Below are positions 23,088 through 35,684 of a DNA stretch of 64,000 bases, in pieces. A model generated the notes under the pieces. That model was not told the origin of the DNA, did no database searches, and worked only from the letters and a program-made list of their open reading frames with translations. The position numbers were made by a program, and so were the translations under genes. The stretch comes from Mobula hypostoma (lineage: Eukaryota). Every line of letters begins with the position of its first letter. The first letter of the stretch is position 1. The stretch is from contig NW_026948111.1 in assembly GCF_963921235.1 (NCBI RefSeq), positions 62,001-126,000 of the forward strand, written 5' to 3'.

Positions 23088-26000
23088 TCCTAATCCGTCT
23101 AAGTCCTTCCATAGTCTCTCTGTTTCCTCAAAACTACCTGCCCCTCCACCTATCTTCTGCAAACTTGCAAAAAAGCCATCAATTCCATCATCCAAATCAA
23201 TGACAATTGGTCCCACCACAGACCCCTGTGCAACACCACTAAACACCAGCAGCCAGGCTCCCTTTATTCCCACTCCTTGCTTCCTGCTAATCAGCCACTG
23301 CTCGATATGCTAGTCTTTTCTGTAATACCAAGGGCTTGTATCTTAAGCAGACTCGTGTATGGCACCTTGTCATTGCCTCTCTGAAAATCCAAGTACACAA
23401 CATCATCCAATTCTCCTTTGTCTATCCTGCTTATTATTTCTTCAAGGAGTTCCTACAGATTTGCCAGGTAAGATTTCCCATGCTGACTACAGCCTATTTT
23501 ATCATGTGCCTCCAAGTACCCCAAAACCACTAACAATTGACTCCAACATATTCCCAACCACTGAGGTCTGACTAACTGGCCTATAATTTCCTATCTTCTG
23601 GCTCCCTCCATTCTTCAAGAGTGGAGTGACATTTGCAAATTTCCAATCTTCTGGAACCATTCCAGGATCCAGTGATTCTTGAAAGACCACTACTAACGCC
23701 TCCACCATCTCTTCAGCCACCCCTTTCAGAACCCTGGTGTGTACACCATCTGGTCCAGCTGACTTACCTACCTTCAGACCTTTCAGCTTCCCAAGAACCT
23801 TCTCCCTAGTAATGGTAACTTCACACACGTCATGAGCCCCGACACCCGGCACTTCCACATATTGCTAGTGTTTTCCACAGTGAAAACTGATACACAATAC
23901 TTCTTCAGTTCGTCCACCATTTCCTTGTTACCCATTATTACCTCTCCAGCATCGTTTTCTCATGATCCAACATCCACTCTCTCCTCTCTTTTACAATTTA
24001 TGTATCTGAAAAGACTTTTGGTATCCTCTTTAATATTATTGTCTAGCTTACTTTCTATCTTTACCTTCTTAATTCTGGCCAGCTCTTCTCTCATGCCTCT
24101 GTAATTCTCTTTACTCTACTGTAATACTGATACATTTGACTTTCCTTCTCTTAAATTTCAGGTTTAATTCTATATTATGATCACTTGCCCCTAAAGGTCC
24201 TTTTACCTTGAGCTCTCTTATCATGTGCCTCTAAGTACCCCAAAACCTCATTAAAAATGGACTCCAACATCTTTCCAGCCACTGAAGTCAGACTAATTAG
24301 TCTATAATTTCCTTTTTTCTACCTCACTCTTCAAGAGTGGAGTGCCATTTGCAATTTTACAGTCTTCTGGAAACACTCCAGAATCTATTGATTCTTGAAA
24401 GATGATTACTAATGTTTCTGCAATCTCTTCAGTCACCTCTTTCAGGACCTTGGAATGTATACCGTCTGCTCCTGGTGACTTATCTACCTTCAGATAATTC
24501 ACTTTCCCAAGCACCTTCTCCATACCGAGTGTCTTCCACAGCGAAGACTGATGCAAAACACTTATTCTGTTCGTCCACCATTTATCTATCTCCCATTACT
24601 ACTTTTTCATCATTTTCTAGCAGTCTGATATCGATTCTCAGCTCTCTTTTACTCTTTATATATGTGAAAATACTTTTGCTAACCTGTTGAATATTGCTGG
24701 CTAGCTACCTTTATATTTCATCTTTTCTTTCCTTTTGGCTTTTTAGTTGCCTTCTATTAGTTTTTAGATTAATTTAAACCATTAGGATTCTCTTTCACCT
24801 TGTCTGCTACAGCAACCTTCAGCCTTCATTTAGCCCTCCTGATTTTCCTCAAGTAGCTCATTCACTCCGACCTGCCGTGCACTTCCTTCCTTTTCTTAAC
24901 CAGGGTCTAAATATCCCACTAGAGCCAACGTTCCCTAAAAATGTCAGCCTTACTTAAAGTCTTCACAGCTCTTTTCATCAAAGGTAAGAGGCATTGGCAC
25001 AGGCTGACATGGTGGTTAAAGAGATATGTTGAATGATGGTCTTCATTAGTCAGGGGACTGAGTTCACGAGCCAGGAGCTAACGGTGCAGCTCTGTAAAAC
25101 CTTAGTTTGTTAACTTACAACAGACGTGAGAGACCAGGTTGAAAGGCTTGGGAACAGGAGACAGAGGCCAGTGATGGTGGACTCTTACTCTGACTGGAGA
25201 TCTCTGACAGGTGGTGCTCCCCACGGATTCATACTAGATCTCTGCTGTTTGTGATATTACTGTGATTGGAGATCTCTGACTGGTGGTGTTCCACCGGGAT
25301 CTGTACTGGGGTCACTGCTACTTCTGATAATACTCTGACAGGTGGTGCTCCCCATGGATTCATACTAGATCGCTGCTGTTTGTGATCTCTGACCTGGCTG
25401 AGGTCAGTGACTGGTGGGGTTCCGGACGGATGTGTACTGGGATCTTTGCTGTTTGTGATACAGAAAGACAGCTGATTAGCAACTTTGCCGACGACACAAA
25501 AAAATGGTGGACATGTGGAAACTGACAACATTGTCAAAGGATTCTGCAAGATACCGACCAGCTGGAAACGTGGACTGAGAAATATCATTTGAGAAGCACT
25601 TGGACAGATGGGCTTGGAAGGATATGGGCTGAACGCAGGAAATTGAGGCTACCTGAGAAGGCACCATGGTCAGCATGGACTGGTTGGGCCAAATGGCCTC
25701 TCTGCATGTTGCATTACTCTATGACTCCATCTCATCTACTTCCCAGGAATCCGTGCATTTCTAGAGCAGTATGCTAAAGGTTAATTTACACCCATATAAT
25801 GTGGTTATCCCAGGAGACCACATTATTACAGAATTTACTAGGAAGCCTGAACATAACGTCGTTCAGACTAGAGGCAGGGTTCTGAACTCTGTGTAAAGTT
25901 GAGGGGACAGGCAGCCTTTAGTAGACTGGGAACGACACTTATCCAAAGTGGGCAGGCAGTGGCATGATCTAAGGAAATAGTTCAACCTGAAACAGACACA

Positions 26001-26209
26001 TCTCTTTCAGATACACTCACGTAACAGGAAGAGCGTCCCACTGTAGGATTAGAGGAGAAATTACACTTTCTACAAAAAGCGGTGAGATTCTGCAGATTGG
26101 TCTTAAAAGTCAGACCACTGATGAAAGAGAGAACGAGAGCAAACTGTGAGAAACAGTCAAAGAAAACAACCAGTGAGGTCTTCAGTGAGATGGATGATTT
26201 ATAACCTGA

Positions 26210-28080
26210 AAACCAAAAGACAGAGGAGCAGAATTAGGCCATCTGGCCCATCGAGTCTGCCCCACCATTCAATCATAGCTGATCTTTTTTTTAAATCTCC
26301 TCCTGAACCCCAGTGCCCGGCCTTCTCCCCATAACCTTTGTTGCCATGTCCAATCAAGAACCTATCAATCTCTTACTTAAATACACCCAACAACCTGGCC
26401 TCCACAGCTGCATGTGGCAACAAATTCCACAAATTCACCAGCCTTTGGCTAAAGAAATTTCTCTGCCTCTCTGTTTTGAAAGGGCACCCCTCTATCCTGA
26501 GGCTGTGCCCTCTTGTCCTAGACTCTCCCACCATGGGAAACATCCTTTCCACATCTACTCTGTCTAGGCCTTTCAACATTCAAAAGGTTTCAATTAGATC
26601 CCCCCTCATCCTTCTGAATTCCAGCGAGTACAGACCCAGAGCCATCAAACGCTCCTCATATGATAACCCTTTCATTCCTGAAATCATCCTTGTGAACCTC
26701 CTCTGGACCCTCTCCACTGCCACCACATCTTTTCTAAGATGATGAGCCCAAAACTGTTCACAATACTCAAGGTGAGGCCTCACCAGTACCTTATAAAGCC
26801 TCAGCTTCACATCCTTGCTCTTGTATTCTAGACCTCTTGAAATGAATGCTAACATGGCATTTGCCTTCCTCACCACCGACTCAACCTGCAAGTTAACTTT
26901 CAGGGTGTTCTGTACAAGGACTCCCAAGTCCCTCTGCATCTCAGATTCCTGGATTTTCTCCCCATTTAGAAAACAGTCCCCACATTTATTTCTACTACCA
27001 AAGTGCAAGACCATGCATTTTCCAGCATTGTATTTCATTTGCCACTCTCTTACCAATTCTCCTAATCTGTCTAAGTCCTTCTGCATCCTACCTGTTTCGT
27101 CAATACTACCTGCCTCTCCACCAATCTTTGTATCATCTGTAAACTTGGCAACAAAGCCATCTATTCCATCATCTAAATCATTTACATACAGCATAAAAGG
27201 AAGTGGTCCCAACACCGACCCCTGCAGAACACCACTAGCCACTGGCAGCCAACCAGAAAACGATCCTTTTATTCCCACTCGCTGCCTCCTACCAATCAGA
27301 CAATGCTCTAACCATGTTAGGAACTTTCCTGTGATACCATGGGCTCTGAACTTGGTAAGCAGCCTCATGTGTGGCACCTTGTCAAAGGCTTTGTGAAAGT
27401 CCAAATATACAACATCCACTGCATCCCCTTTATCTCTCCTACTTATAATCTCCTTAAAGAATTCCAACAGGTTCTTGAGGCAGGATTTTCCCAGAAGGAA
27501 ACCACGCTGACTTTGTACTATCTTCTCCTGTGTCACCAAGTACTCCATCACCTCATCCTTAACAATTGACTCTAACATCGTCTCAACCACTGAGGTCAGG
27601 CTAACTGGTCTGTAATTTCCTTTCTGCTATCTTCCTCCTTTCTTAAAGAGTGAAATGTCATTTGCAATTTTCCAGTCCTCTGGCACTATGCCAGAGTCCA
27701 ATGATTTTTGAAAGATCATTTCTAATGCCACCACAATCTCTAACGCTTCCTCTTTCAGAACCCTAAGGTGTAGTTCATCTGGTCTGGGTGACCTATGTAC
27801 CTTTAGGTCTTTCAGATTTTTGAGCACTTCCTCTCTTGTAACAGTAACTGCACCCACTTCCCTTCTTTCACACACTACAACATCAGGCATACTGCTCGTG
27901 TCTTCCACAGTGAAGACTGATGCAAAATACTCATTTAGTCCATCAGCCATCTCCTTGTCCCCCATTATTTTTCCTGTCTCATTTTCTAGCGGTCCTACAT
28001 CCACTCTTATTTCTCTTTTATTTTTAACATACTTGAAGAAAACTTTTACTATCCACTTTGATATTATTTGCTAGCTTGAA
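26210..28080 (-). mobile_element. CR1 LINE ORF2 fragment with the longest open RT frame in the window (336 aa)
   Basis: ORF 26580-27590 with YLDFHKAFDKV, QGSVLGP, KFTDDTK and LVRPHLEYC; upstream ORF 27627-28004. Confidence 0.93.
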
Positions 28081-28878
28081 TAATGGAGAATAGCCTGGCA
28101 GAGAAGCTGGAGGTGTATTTAGTGAGAAACAAGGGATAGCAGATGGAGGAACTAACAAACTGCAGGAGAACCCCAGCAGCTCAGGCAGCTTCTGAAGAAT
28201 CACAAACAGTTTTAATACCACTGACAAATGTCACAAAAGTTATCGTTTTGTAGCAGCAGTACATTGCAATATATAAAAACCTATAAAGTGCAATAATATA
28301 TTTAAATAAATTAAATAAGTAGTGCAAAAGAGCAAAAAGGGAAGAGGGAAACAATCAATTTTTCATCACAAGACCCCTTATCTGCTCCGAATACTGTTTG
28401 CATGGCAACTCCTGGAAAATCTGGAGAACCGAGGTCCAAAGCAAAGGAGGTCATATGAAGAGAAAAGTGAAAAGTCCTGAGAACGTGATGTTCCCAATCC
28501 CACAGCACTGCATGAGCTGGTTCCAGAGAGTGTCAGCACTCTCCAAACTCTTCAGAGATTCTGCAACTGCTCTGGGGACTGTCGAGGAGCAACTGTGCAT
28601 TCATTACTTCAAGTTTAAGTTCAAGTTGAGCTTCAGGAGGGAGGAACAGGAGCATCGGGACTCAGCTTCTTCTCCCAGCCCATGAGGCTAATGAGTACCC
28701 TGCCACACCAAGGCCTTGTCACTAGGACAGTGAGCTGTTTACCCGGACTGTGCTTTACTACATGCCATTTGAATATTTTGTTAATTTATTTGTAATATTT
28801 TGTTTTATGTGCTGTGTATGATATATGTTTTGTGAGTGCCCTATGGTCTGGAGGAATATTATTTTGTTTACTTATATA

Positions 28879-29685
28879 CAGTACTGTACAAAAATCTTAG
28901 ACACCCTAGATATTTGATATCAATTTTGTTTTAATATTTTTAGTCTTCTGCATTAGTGTGTTAGTAGAAAAGAGCAATTATTAGATTTTCAAACATTCAT
29001 TTTCCAAAAAATTTAATGTTAAAGAAACATAGTAAGTAATCAACTTTTCCAATAAAAACTTGATTACATTGTAGATATGTAGCCCATGCATGATTAAACA
29101 CAGATAACAACCAGGTGCTAATGATCAATGATATAATGGGTTGAGTGAGCTAAACTGAGTAACTGAGCAGAAACGATGTAGAAGGAATCAAACTGGGCCA
29201 AGTTCAACCCAGCTAAAAGGTGAGGGTATGGGAGATGTGACAGTTTAACCTTCAAATCATCAATTCTTGCACCACGGCAAGAGTGAACATAGCAACAAGA
29301 CACAAGGCAGTCCTATATCAGCAAGGTCTCCCCCAAGCAGAAATTTCATGGCAGATAGGTGTTTCATGATGAGCTGTCCAAGCTCTTGTGAAGAAGCACA
29401 AAGAAAGACGAGGTCGAGGAGCAGAAACGCAGTGGTCGGCCACAGCCACTAAGTACAGCAGACAAGAGACTCATCTAACTAAGGTCCCTTCTAAATCGGA
29501 AGTCGTCCAGTACTGCTATCAACTCTGAACTTAAAGAAACGACTGGAACCCAAGTACACCCCTCTACAAGTCCAGAGAAGTCTTGTCAGAAATGGTCCTC
29601 ATGGTAGAACTATAAAGCCATTCCTTCGAAGCAAAAACAAAGCCAATAGATTCACCTATGCACAAAAACACAAGGACAGGGGTGT
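28879..29685 (+). mobile_element. Tc1/mariner remnant: left terminus and decayed N-terminal transposase
   Basis: TA|CAGTACTGTACAAAAATCTTAGACACC terminus. From about 29273 it translates, with stops and frameshifts, as ARVNIATRHK...AEISWQIGVS...RSGRPQPLS...KPFLRSKNKANRFTYAQKHKD (paired-type HTH, GRPR-like motif). Truncated before the DDE domain. Confidence 0.75.
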
Positions 29686-31045
29686 CAAACCAGGTCTCGT
29701 TCATCTCAATCTCCTCAGTAAATGAAGATGCTGCTGTGCTTTCTTCATTAAAGAACTGGTGTTGAGGGACCAGGTGAGATCGCCCATTATGTGCACTCCC
29801 GGAAACACTCTTCACAGAGAGAGCCGTGTATGTGCAGTGAGGAGTGGTCAGCCTGGACCTTCCTAAAGTCCACAATCATCTCTTTGATTTTGTCCACATT
29901 GATACTGAGGCCGTTATTCTCACACCATTTTACCAATCTCTGTATCTCCTCTCTGTACACTGCCATGTTGATGAGGCCAACTGTTACTGTGTCATCAGTG
30001 AACTTGATGATTTGGTTTGAGCTGGATCTAGCAGTACAGCCCTGCAGCCCTGGGAAGCATTGATGCTCAGTGTGATGGGGCGGGAGATACTGCTGGATTG
30101 ACGATGGCGTTTCTGTCAAGAAGTCCAAGATCCAGTTACAGAGAGAGGTGTTGAGGTCCAACGAAGAGGTCCAACTGAGGTCGAGGGAGGGAGGGAGGGA
30201 GAAGATGGCTGCATGACACAGCGCATGCGCGGCCATTCCAAATGAATATCGATATGTGTAACTAGGGGTGCCGTGCATCAATCTGGATTTGATGGGGACA
30301 GTCGTGAGAGCGCAGAGGAACATCTGAAGGAACATCTGAAATGCCTGCTTCGCTGCTGCTGCTACTGTGCGATCGAGAATCTCCGGAGACGAAGGCCCCA
30401 AATCCTTGGCTTTGCGTATCGCCTGCTGCCGGGACCGGGGTCGAAACGCTCGGCAGAGATGGTGCTCGGTGTCGAATAGGTGGTCAGAGGCTTGGAGTTT
30501 TTCAGACGGACTCAGAGTCGGACTGTGATCGGATGCCTCCGGGATGCCACATCGGCAAGATGGCGGTGCTGAGGGTTTACTGTCTGTGTGAGATGATGGG
30601 ACTCTGAGACTTTTACTGTGCCATGGTCTGTTCTTTATCAAATTATGGTATTACTTTGCACTGTTGTGACTATGTGTTATAATTATGTGGTTTTTGTTCG
30701 TTTTTAAGTCGGTTTGTCATGTGTTTTTGTGATACCATTCTGGAAAGGCATTTTTATCATTTCTTAATGCATGCATTACTAAATGACAATAAAAGGGGAC
30801 AGCGCGTTCTCATAATCATAATAAGACAGTTTACCCAAGGCTTCTGAAGAGTGATTGTAACAAACGCCAACCCGAAGTGGCTAAACAGCATCCTGGTGTA
30901 TGAAGCACCATTTTCCAGGTGAGACAGGGCGGAATGGAGTGCAGAGGCTATGGACCAATCCGAGTGATAAGCAAATTGGAAAGGGTCTAATGTAGCAGGA
31001 AGTTGGGATTTAATGCCATCCATATCCAGCTGCTCAAAGTAGCAC
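29686..31045 (-). mobile_element. Decayed Rex1/Babar-type LINE RT fragment, interrupted at 30168-30822
   Basis: LDPFQFAY, LNTSLCNWILDFLT, IIKFTDDT and KEMIVDFRK motifs. Confidence 0.8.
30168..30822 (+). mobile_element. Unclassified CpG-rich non-coding insertion with an (ATAATC)n-like tail
   Basis: Splits the host LINE frame (GKLS|SLDLNTSL); flanked by AAGA; ends AATAAAAGGGGACAGCGCGTTCTCATAATCATAAT. Confidence 0.65.
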
Positions 31046-32232
31046 TATGCCACCGGATGGTAGTCGTTGGCGGAGTTAAGGTGGGGCGGAAGGAGGGTTA
31101 AGATGGCACTAGACGGCAACTCCTTTGCTTGCATCTTTGTAAACAGTTTTATTTCCGTCTTTAATACATCTTTATTTTTCCCTTTTGGGTGTGGGCACGT
31201 GGCCAAGTGGTTAAGGCATTGGACTAGCGACCTGAAGGTCGTGAGTTCGAGCCCCAGCCGAGGGAACGTATTGTGTCCTTGAGCAAGGCACTTAATCACA
31301 CATTGCTCTGCGACGACACTGGTGCCAAGCTGTATGGGTCCTAGTGCCCTTCCCTTGGACAACATTGGTGTCATGGAGAGGGGAGACTTGCAGCATGGGT
31401 AACTGCTGGTCTTCCATACAACCTTGCCCAGGCCTGCGCGCCCTGGAGAGTGAACACTTTCCAGGCACAGATCCATGGTCTCGCAAGACTAACGGATGCC
31501 TTTATTTCCCTTTCAGGGTTCTTTTGAAGACCGTGACCTGGAATTACACACAGACTTTGGTTCTTTGCTGGAATGGGACCCGTTCTCGGGGTTTCAGGAC
31601 CAGCCATTGTTCAGTGCGCCAAGGGTTTGGCCTGAGAGGCGGCCTTGTGTTTGGAAGCCTAAGATCTCGGGGCTCTGGAGACAGGCAGATCGAGGGTCAG
31701 TGTCACGGCAAGAGACTCGTGTGTCCTCAGGGAGGCCAGAAAATCTTTCGCTGTGGGCCCGAAGACCTGAGATCTTTGCGGTCTTCAGGCATAGAGCTCG
31801 TAAAAACCGATGAAACAGACTTTTTAGCATCGTAAACCAGCGAGTTGTTGTTATGTCTCCCACTCACTGTGAAAATGGGGGACACCTCCCTCTTCCTTAC
31901 CAGGGAGAGAGAGAGAAAACCTGTGGTTTGTTGAATGCTGGATGAAATGCAATAGTCTTTGGGGAAACTGCAAGGTCTGTGTCTTTGCTATCGCCTGGAT
32001 CACACTCGTGCTTGGTAGTGGGTGTGTTTTTCTTGCCGGAGGGGATATTGTTGCCACGTTGACGCTTATGCGCGGGAGGGAGGACTGGGGATACTTTGGG
32101 GTTCTCACATTTAACTGTCGTTCATTCTTTGGGGCACTTCTCTGTCTTCGTGGATGTTTGTGAAGAAAAAGCATTTCAGGATGTATATTATATACATTTC
32201 TCAGACATTAAATTAAACCATTGATCCTTTGA
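31046..32232 (+). mobile_element. Unclassified non-autonomous element hosting a SINE
   Basis: GC-rich head (GGTTAAGATGGC), no coding capacity seen, LINE-like tail ATTAAATTAAACCATTGATCCTTTGA. Confidence 0.5.
31187..31503 (+). mobile_element. tRNA-derived SINE with intact Pol III boxes
   Basis: A box TGGCCAAGTGG (31200-31210), B box GAGTTCGAGCC (31243-31253), CORE-like TGTGTCCTTGAGCAAGGCACTTAA, flanked by TTTCCCTTT direct repeats. Confidence 0.85.
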
Positions 32233-33039
32233 GGCAGCTTTTATTGCCCTTTTAGGCTGCCTTGAGGTCCAGCAGACTGTTCCAGAGATGTGGAAGAACC
32301 TCATCATGGAGTGAACTGCCAACCTGTTACACTGGCAGATAGCTGGAATATGATTTCACACCAAGATATTTACAAGTATTATTGAGGTGACGGGACTGTG
32401 GATAAGATAAGCAAGATGACAGCAGACAATGTGGAGAAATGTGAAGGAGGAAACAGACTCCTACAGACTAGTTGTTCACATGAGGGGCTGGATGGTGATG
32501 ATGTTTAAGTCACTGAGCCCACCAGACACCTACAGCTGCTGACTACTGAAAAAATATATAATTATATCCATACATATAAATATGTACACGCATATACATG
32601 TGTATATGCATATGTGTGTAACATACACACTTATTACACAGTGCAATTTATATTTTTTTTATGTACTGCTGCTGCAAAACTACAAATTTCACAAAATATG
32701 TCAGTGACATTAAACCTGTTTGTGGGACCAAGACTGTTTCTGTTCAGAGACCGAATACAGGAATGAATTCTTTACTGTGGTGGTGAGGAAATACCCAGCG
32801 TACTGTGGAGTTATTTTTCCATTCTGTGGGTGTTTTGCATGTTCTCCACACTCATGCTGGGATGCTGCTCTCTGGTGTAAGACCTGCAAGGCCAGGGCGT
32901 CCTGAAGAACCAGACAGCACAGACACAGACCTTCTGGCCCACCATCTGCATGGCAGCACCAAGTACGGAAGTATGAAAGAAAACTCTTCCAGGAGTGAAC
33001 CCACAGTCAATGTCCCTGCTCACATCCCACGTCCTTAGA

Positions 33040-34560
33040 TTCTCTTCAGGTCAGCTGATGAGATACTTAGACATTTTTAACGTCTCCTTGCTTCAAGCAC
33101 ACTATCACCCTGCTACCCAAGGAAAACAAGACAACAGGCCTCAACAATTACCACCCAGTGGCCCTGATATCTACCATCATGAAGTGCTTCAAGAGAATGG
33201 TCATGGCATGCATCAACTCTCAGACAAGCCCAACCCACGGCAATTTGTCTACTACAGCAGACACCGTCTCCCCGGCCCTACATTCACTTCTGCAGTATCT
33301 AGACAGTAAAGACACTTCTATTAGATTATTGCTTATTGACGACAGCTCCACTTTCAATACTATAATTCCAAGCAAACTCATCACCAAACTCTGAGACCTG
33401 GCGGTCAACATCTCCCTCTGTGACTTTCTGACCAACAGACCGACATCACCAAGGATAGGCAGCAAACCTCTCCCACAGTTATCCTCAACACTGGTCCTCC
33501 ACAAGGCTGTGTCTGCAGCCCCTACTTTACTCCCTATACACTCATAACTGCGACGCCAGATTTCTGCTCTAACTCCATCTATAAGTTTGCAGATGGTGGG
33601 CTGTAATGGTCAGGATCTCAACTGTGAGTCGGAGTACAGACAGGAGATCGAGAGCTTAGTGACAAGATGCTATAATAACCTTGCTCTCAATGTCAGCAAA
33701 ACAAAAAAGCTGGTTGTTGAAGGGGAGGGGGGCAATGCATATGCTGAGGTTGAGAAGGTTGACAGCTTCATGTTCCTACGTGTGAACATACTGATAGCCT
33801 GACCTGGTCCTGGTCCTGGTCCAACTACACTGATGTCACAGGCAAGAAAGCTCACCAGTGCCTCTACTTTCGCAGAAGGTTGAAGAAATTCAATGGGTCC
33901 AGTTTGACCTTGACCAATATTTATTGATGCACCATAGAGAACATCACAGCTTGGTACAACTGCTCTATAAGATGAGGAGAGGCATTGATCATGTGGATAG
34001 TCAGAGGCTTTTTCCCAGGGTTGAAGTGGCGAGCACGAGAGGGCACAGGTTTAAGGTGCTGGAAGCAGGTACAGAGGGGAAGTCAGGGGTAAGATTTTTT
34101 TTTTTTTTACACAGAGAGCAGTGAGTGCATGGGATGGGCTGCCAGCGGTGGTGGTGGAGACGGATACGATAGGGTCTTTTCAGAGACTCTTCGACAGGTA
34201 CATGGAACTCAGAAAAATAGAGGGCTATGGGTAACCCTAGGTAATTTCTAATGTAAGAACATGTTTGGCACAGCTTTGTGGGCTGAAGGGCCTGTGTTTT
34301 GCTGTAGGGTTTCTATGTTTCTAACTGTGTCCACAAGAAACTGCAGAGAAAACAGCCTTCCCTCCATAGACTCTGTCTACACGTCTCACTGTCTCAGTAA
34401 AGAAGCCAGCAAAATCAATTATCTCACCCACACTGAATATATTCTGTTCTCCCTTCTCTCATCAGGGAGATGCAAAAGTCCTGAAAGCACATACCACCAG
34501 GTTCAATAACAGCTTCTATTCCACTCTCGTAAGACTTCTGAAAAGTCTGCGAGTACAAAA
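33040..34560 (+). mobile_element. Decayed Rex1/Babar-type LINE with a CR1 3' fragment inserted at about 33955-34322
   Basis: [41 protein letters not shown] and LNVSKTK motifs; the insert encodes YKMRRGIDHVDSQRLFP...TRGHRFK. Confidence 0.8.
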
Positions 34561-35684
34561 CGACCTGCCCATCTACCTTGCACCATATTATCCACCCACA
34601 TGCACTTTCTCTGAAATGTTACACTTTACAAACATCAAACATTACGGACATAAAACATTTGGCCCATGATGTAGTGCTGGCCTTCTAACCTACTCTGAGA
34701 TCAATCTGAATCCTTCCCTTCCACATAGCCCTAAATCTTTCTACCATCTATGTGCCTACCGAGAAGTCTCTAACCTACCTGCGTCGACCAACAGCCCTGA
34801 CAGGGCATTCCACACACTGACCACTCCGGGTAACGAACCTCCCTCTGACATCTCTGCTGTGTTCTCCTCCGCTCACAAGTTAGCTCTGTATAATTAACTC
34901 TATTGTTTTCCTCTGTCCCAGCTCACTGCAGTGTTCTAATGTACTGATCCGTGTCGACATGTTTTTCATTGTGTCTTGGTGAGAATAACAAATGACCAAA
35001 GTACCACCCTACACTGATCCGATTCAACAGCAACTGGTCTATGGCCTACGATGCCTTATTCAAGTGCTTTATCAGATAGTTCTTAATGATCTGCAAGGCT
35101 CTGCTTCCCCCACCCCCTCTGACATGAGCCAGAAAAAGCCCTTCGGCCCATCTAAACTGTGCTGAACCAATAACCTGCCCAGGCCCATTGACCTGAACCC
35201 AGTCCATGGCCCACCATAGCCCACTCATCCATGTACCTATCCAAATTTCCCTTAAATATTGAAATCAAATCCATATCCACCACTTCTGCTCACAGCCCGC
35301 TGAGTGAAGTTCCCCCTCAAGTTCCCCTTAAACATTTCACCATTGACTCTTAACCCATGTAGTCTCAGCCAAACTCATGGTAAAAAGCCTGCTTGCATTT
35401 ACCCTATCTATACCCCTCAGAGTTTTGTATACCTCTATCAAATCTTCCCTCCTTTTAGACGTTATGGAGAATAAAGTCCTAACTTGCTCAAACTTTTCCA
35501 ATAACTCACAACATCAAGTCCCAGCAACATTCTTGTAAATTTTCCCTGCACTCTCGGACTCTTCCTGACATCTTTCCTGTAGGTAGGTGAGAGAACTGCA
35601 CACCATACTCCATGTTTTGTTTTACCAACATCTTAAACAAATTCAACATAACATCCTGGTTTATGCCCTTCATAAACAGTGTAA

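Larger units (their letters stand above)
21165..24780 (-). mobile_element. Cluster of decayed minus-strand CR1 fragments with nested insertions
   Basis: CR1 ORF2 remnants at 21803-22096, 22938-23273, 23502-23858 (KSAGPDGVH, YRPVS) and 24302-24556. Confidence 0.85.

Noticed and set aside
26580..27590. 336-aa reverse transcriptase ORF as an active or domesticated gene
   Set aside because: It is a 5'-truncated CR1 with an in-frame stop upstream, a frameshift downstream and many similar decayed paralogues in the window.
31187..31265. Possible tRNA gene
   Set aside because: A and B boxes are present, but the anticodon and acceptor stems pair poorly and the sequence continues into a SINE body with flanking direct repeats.
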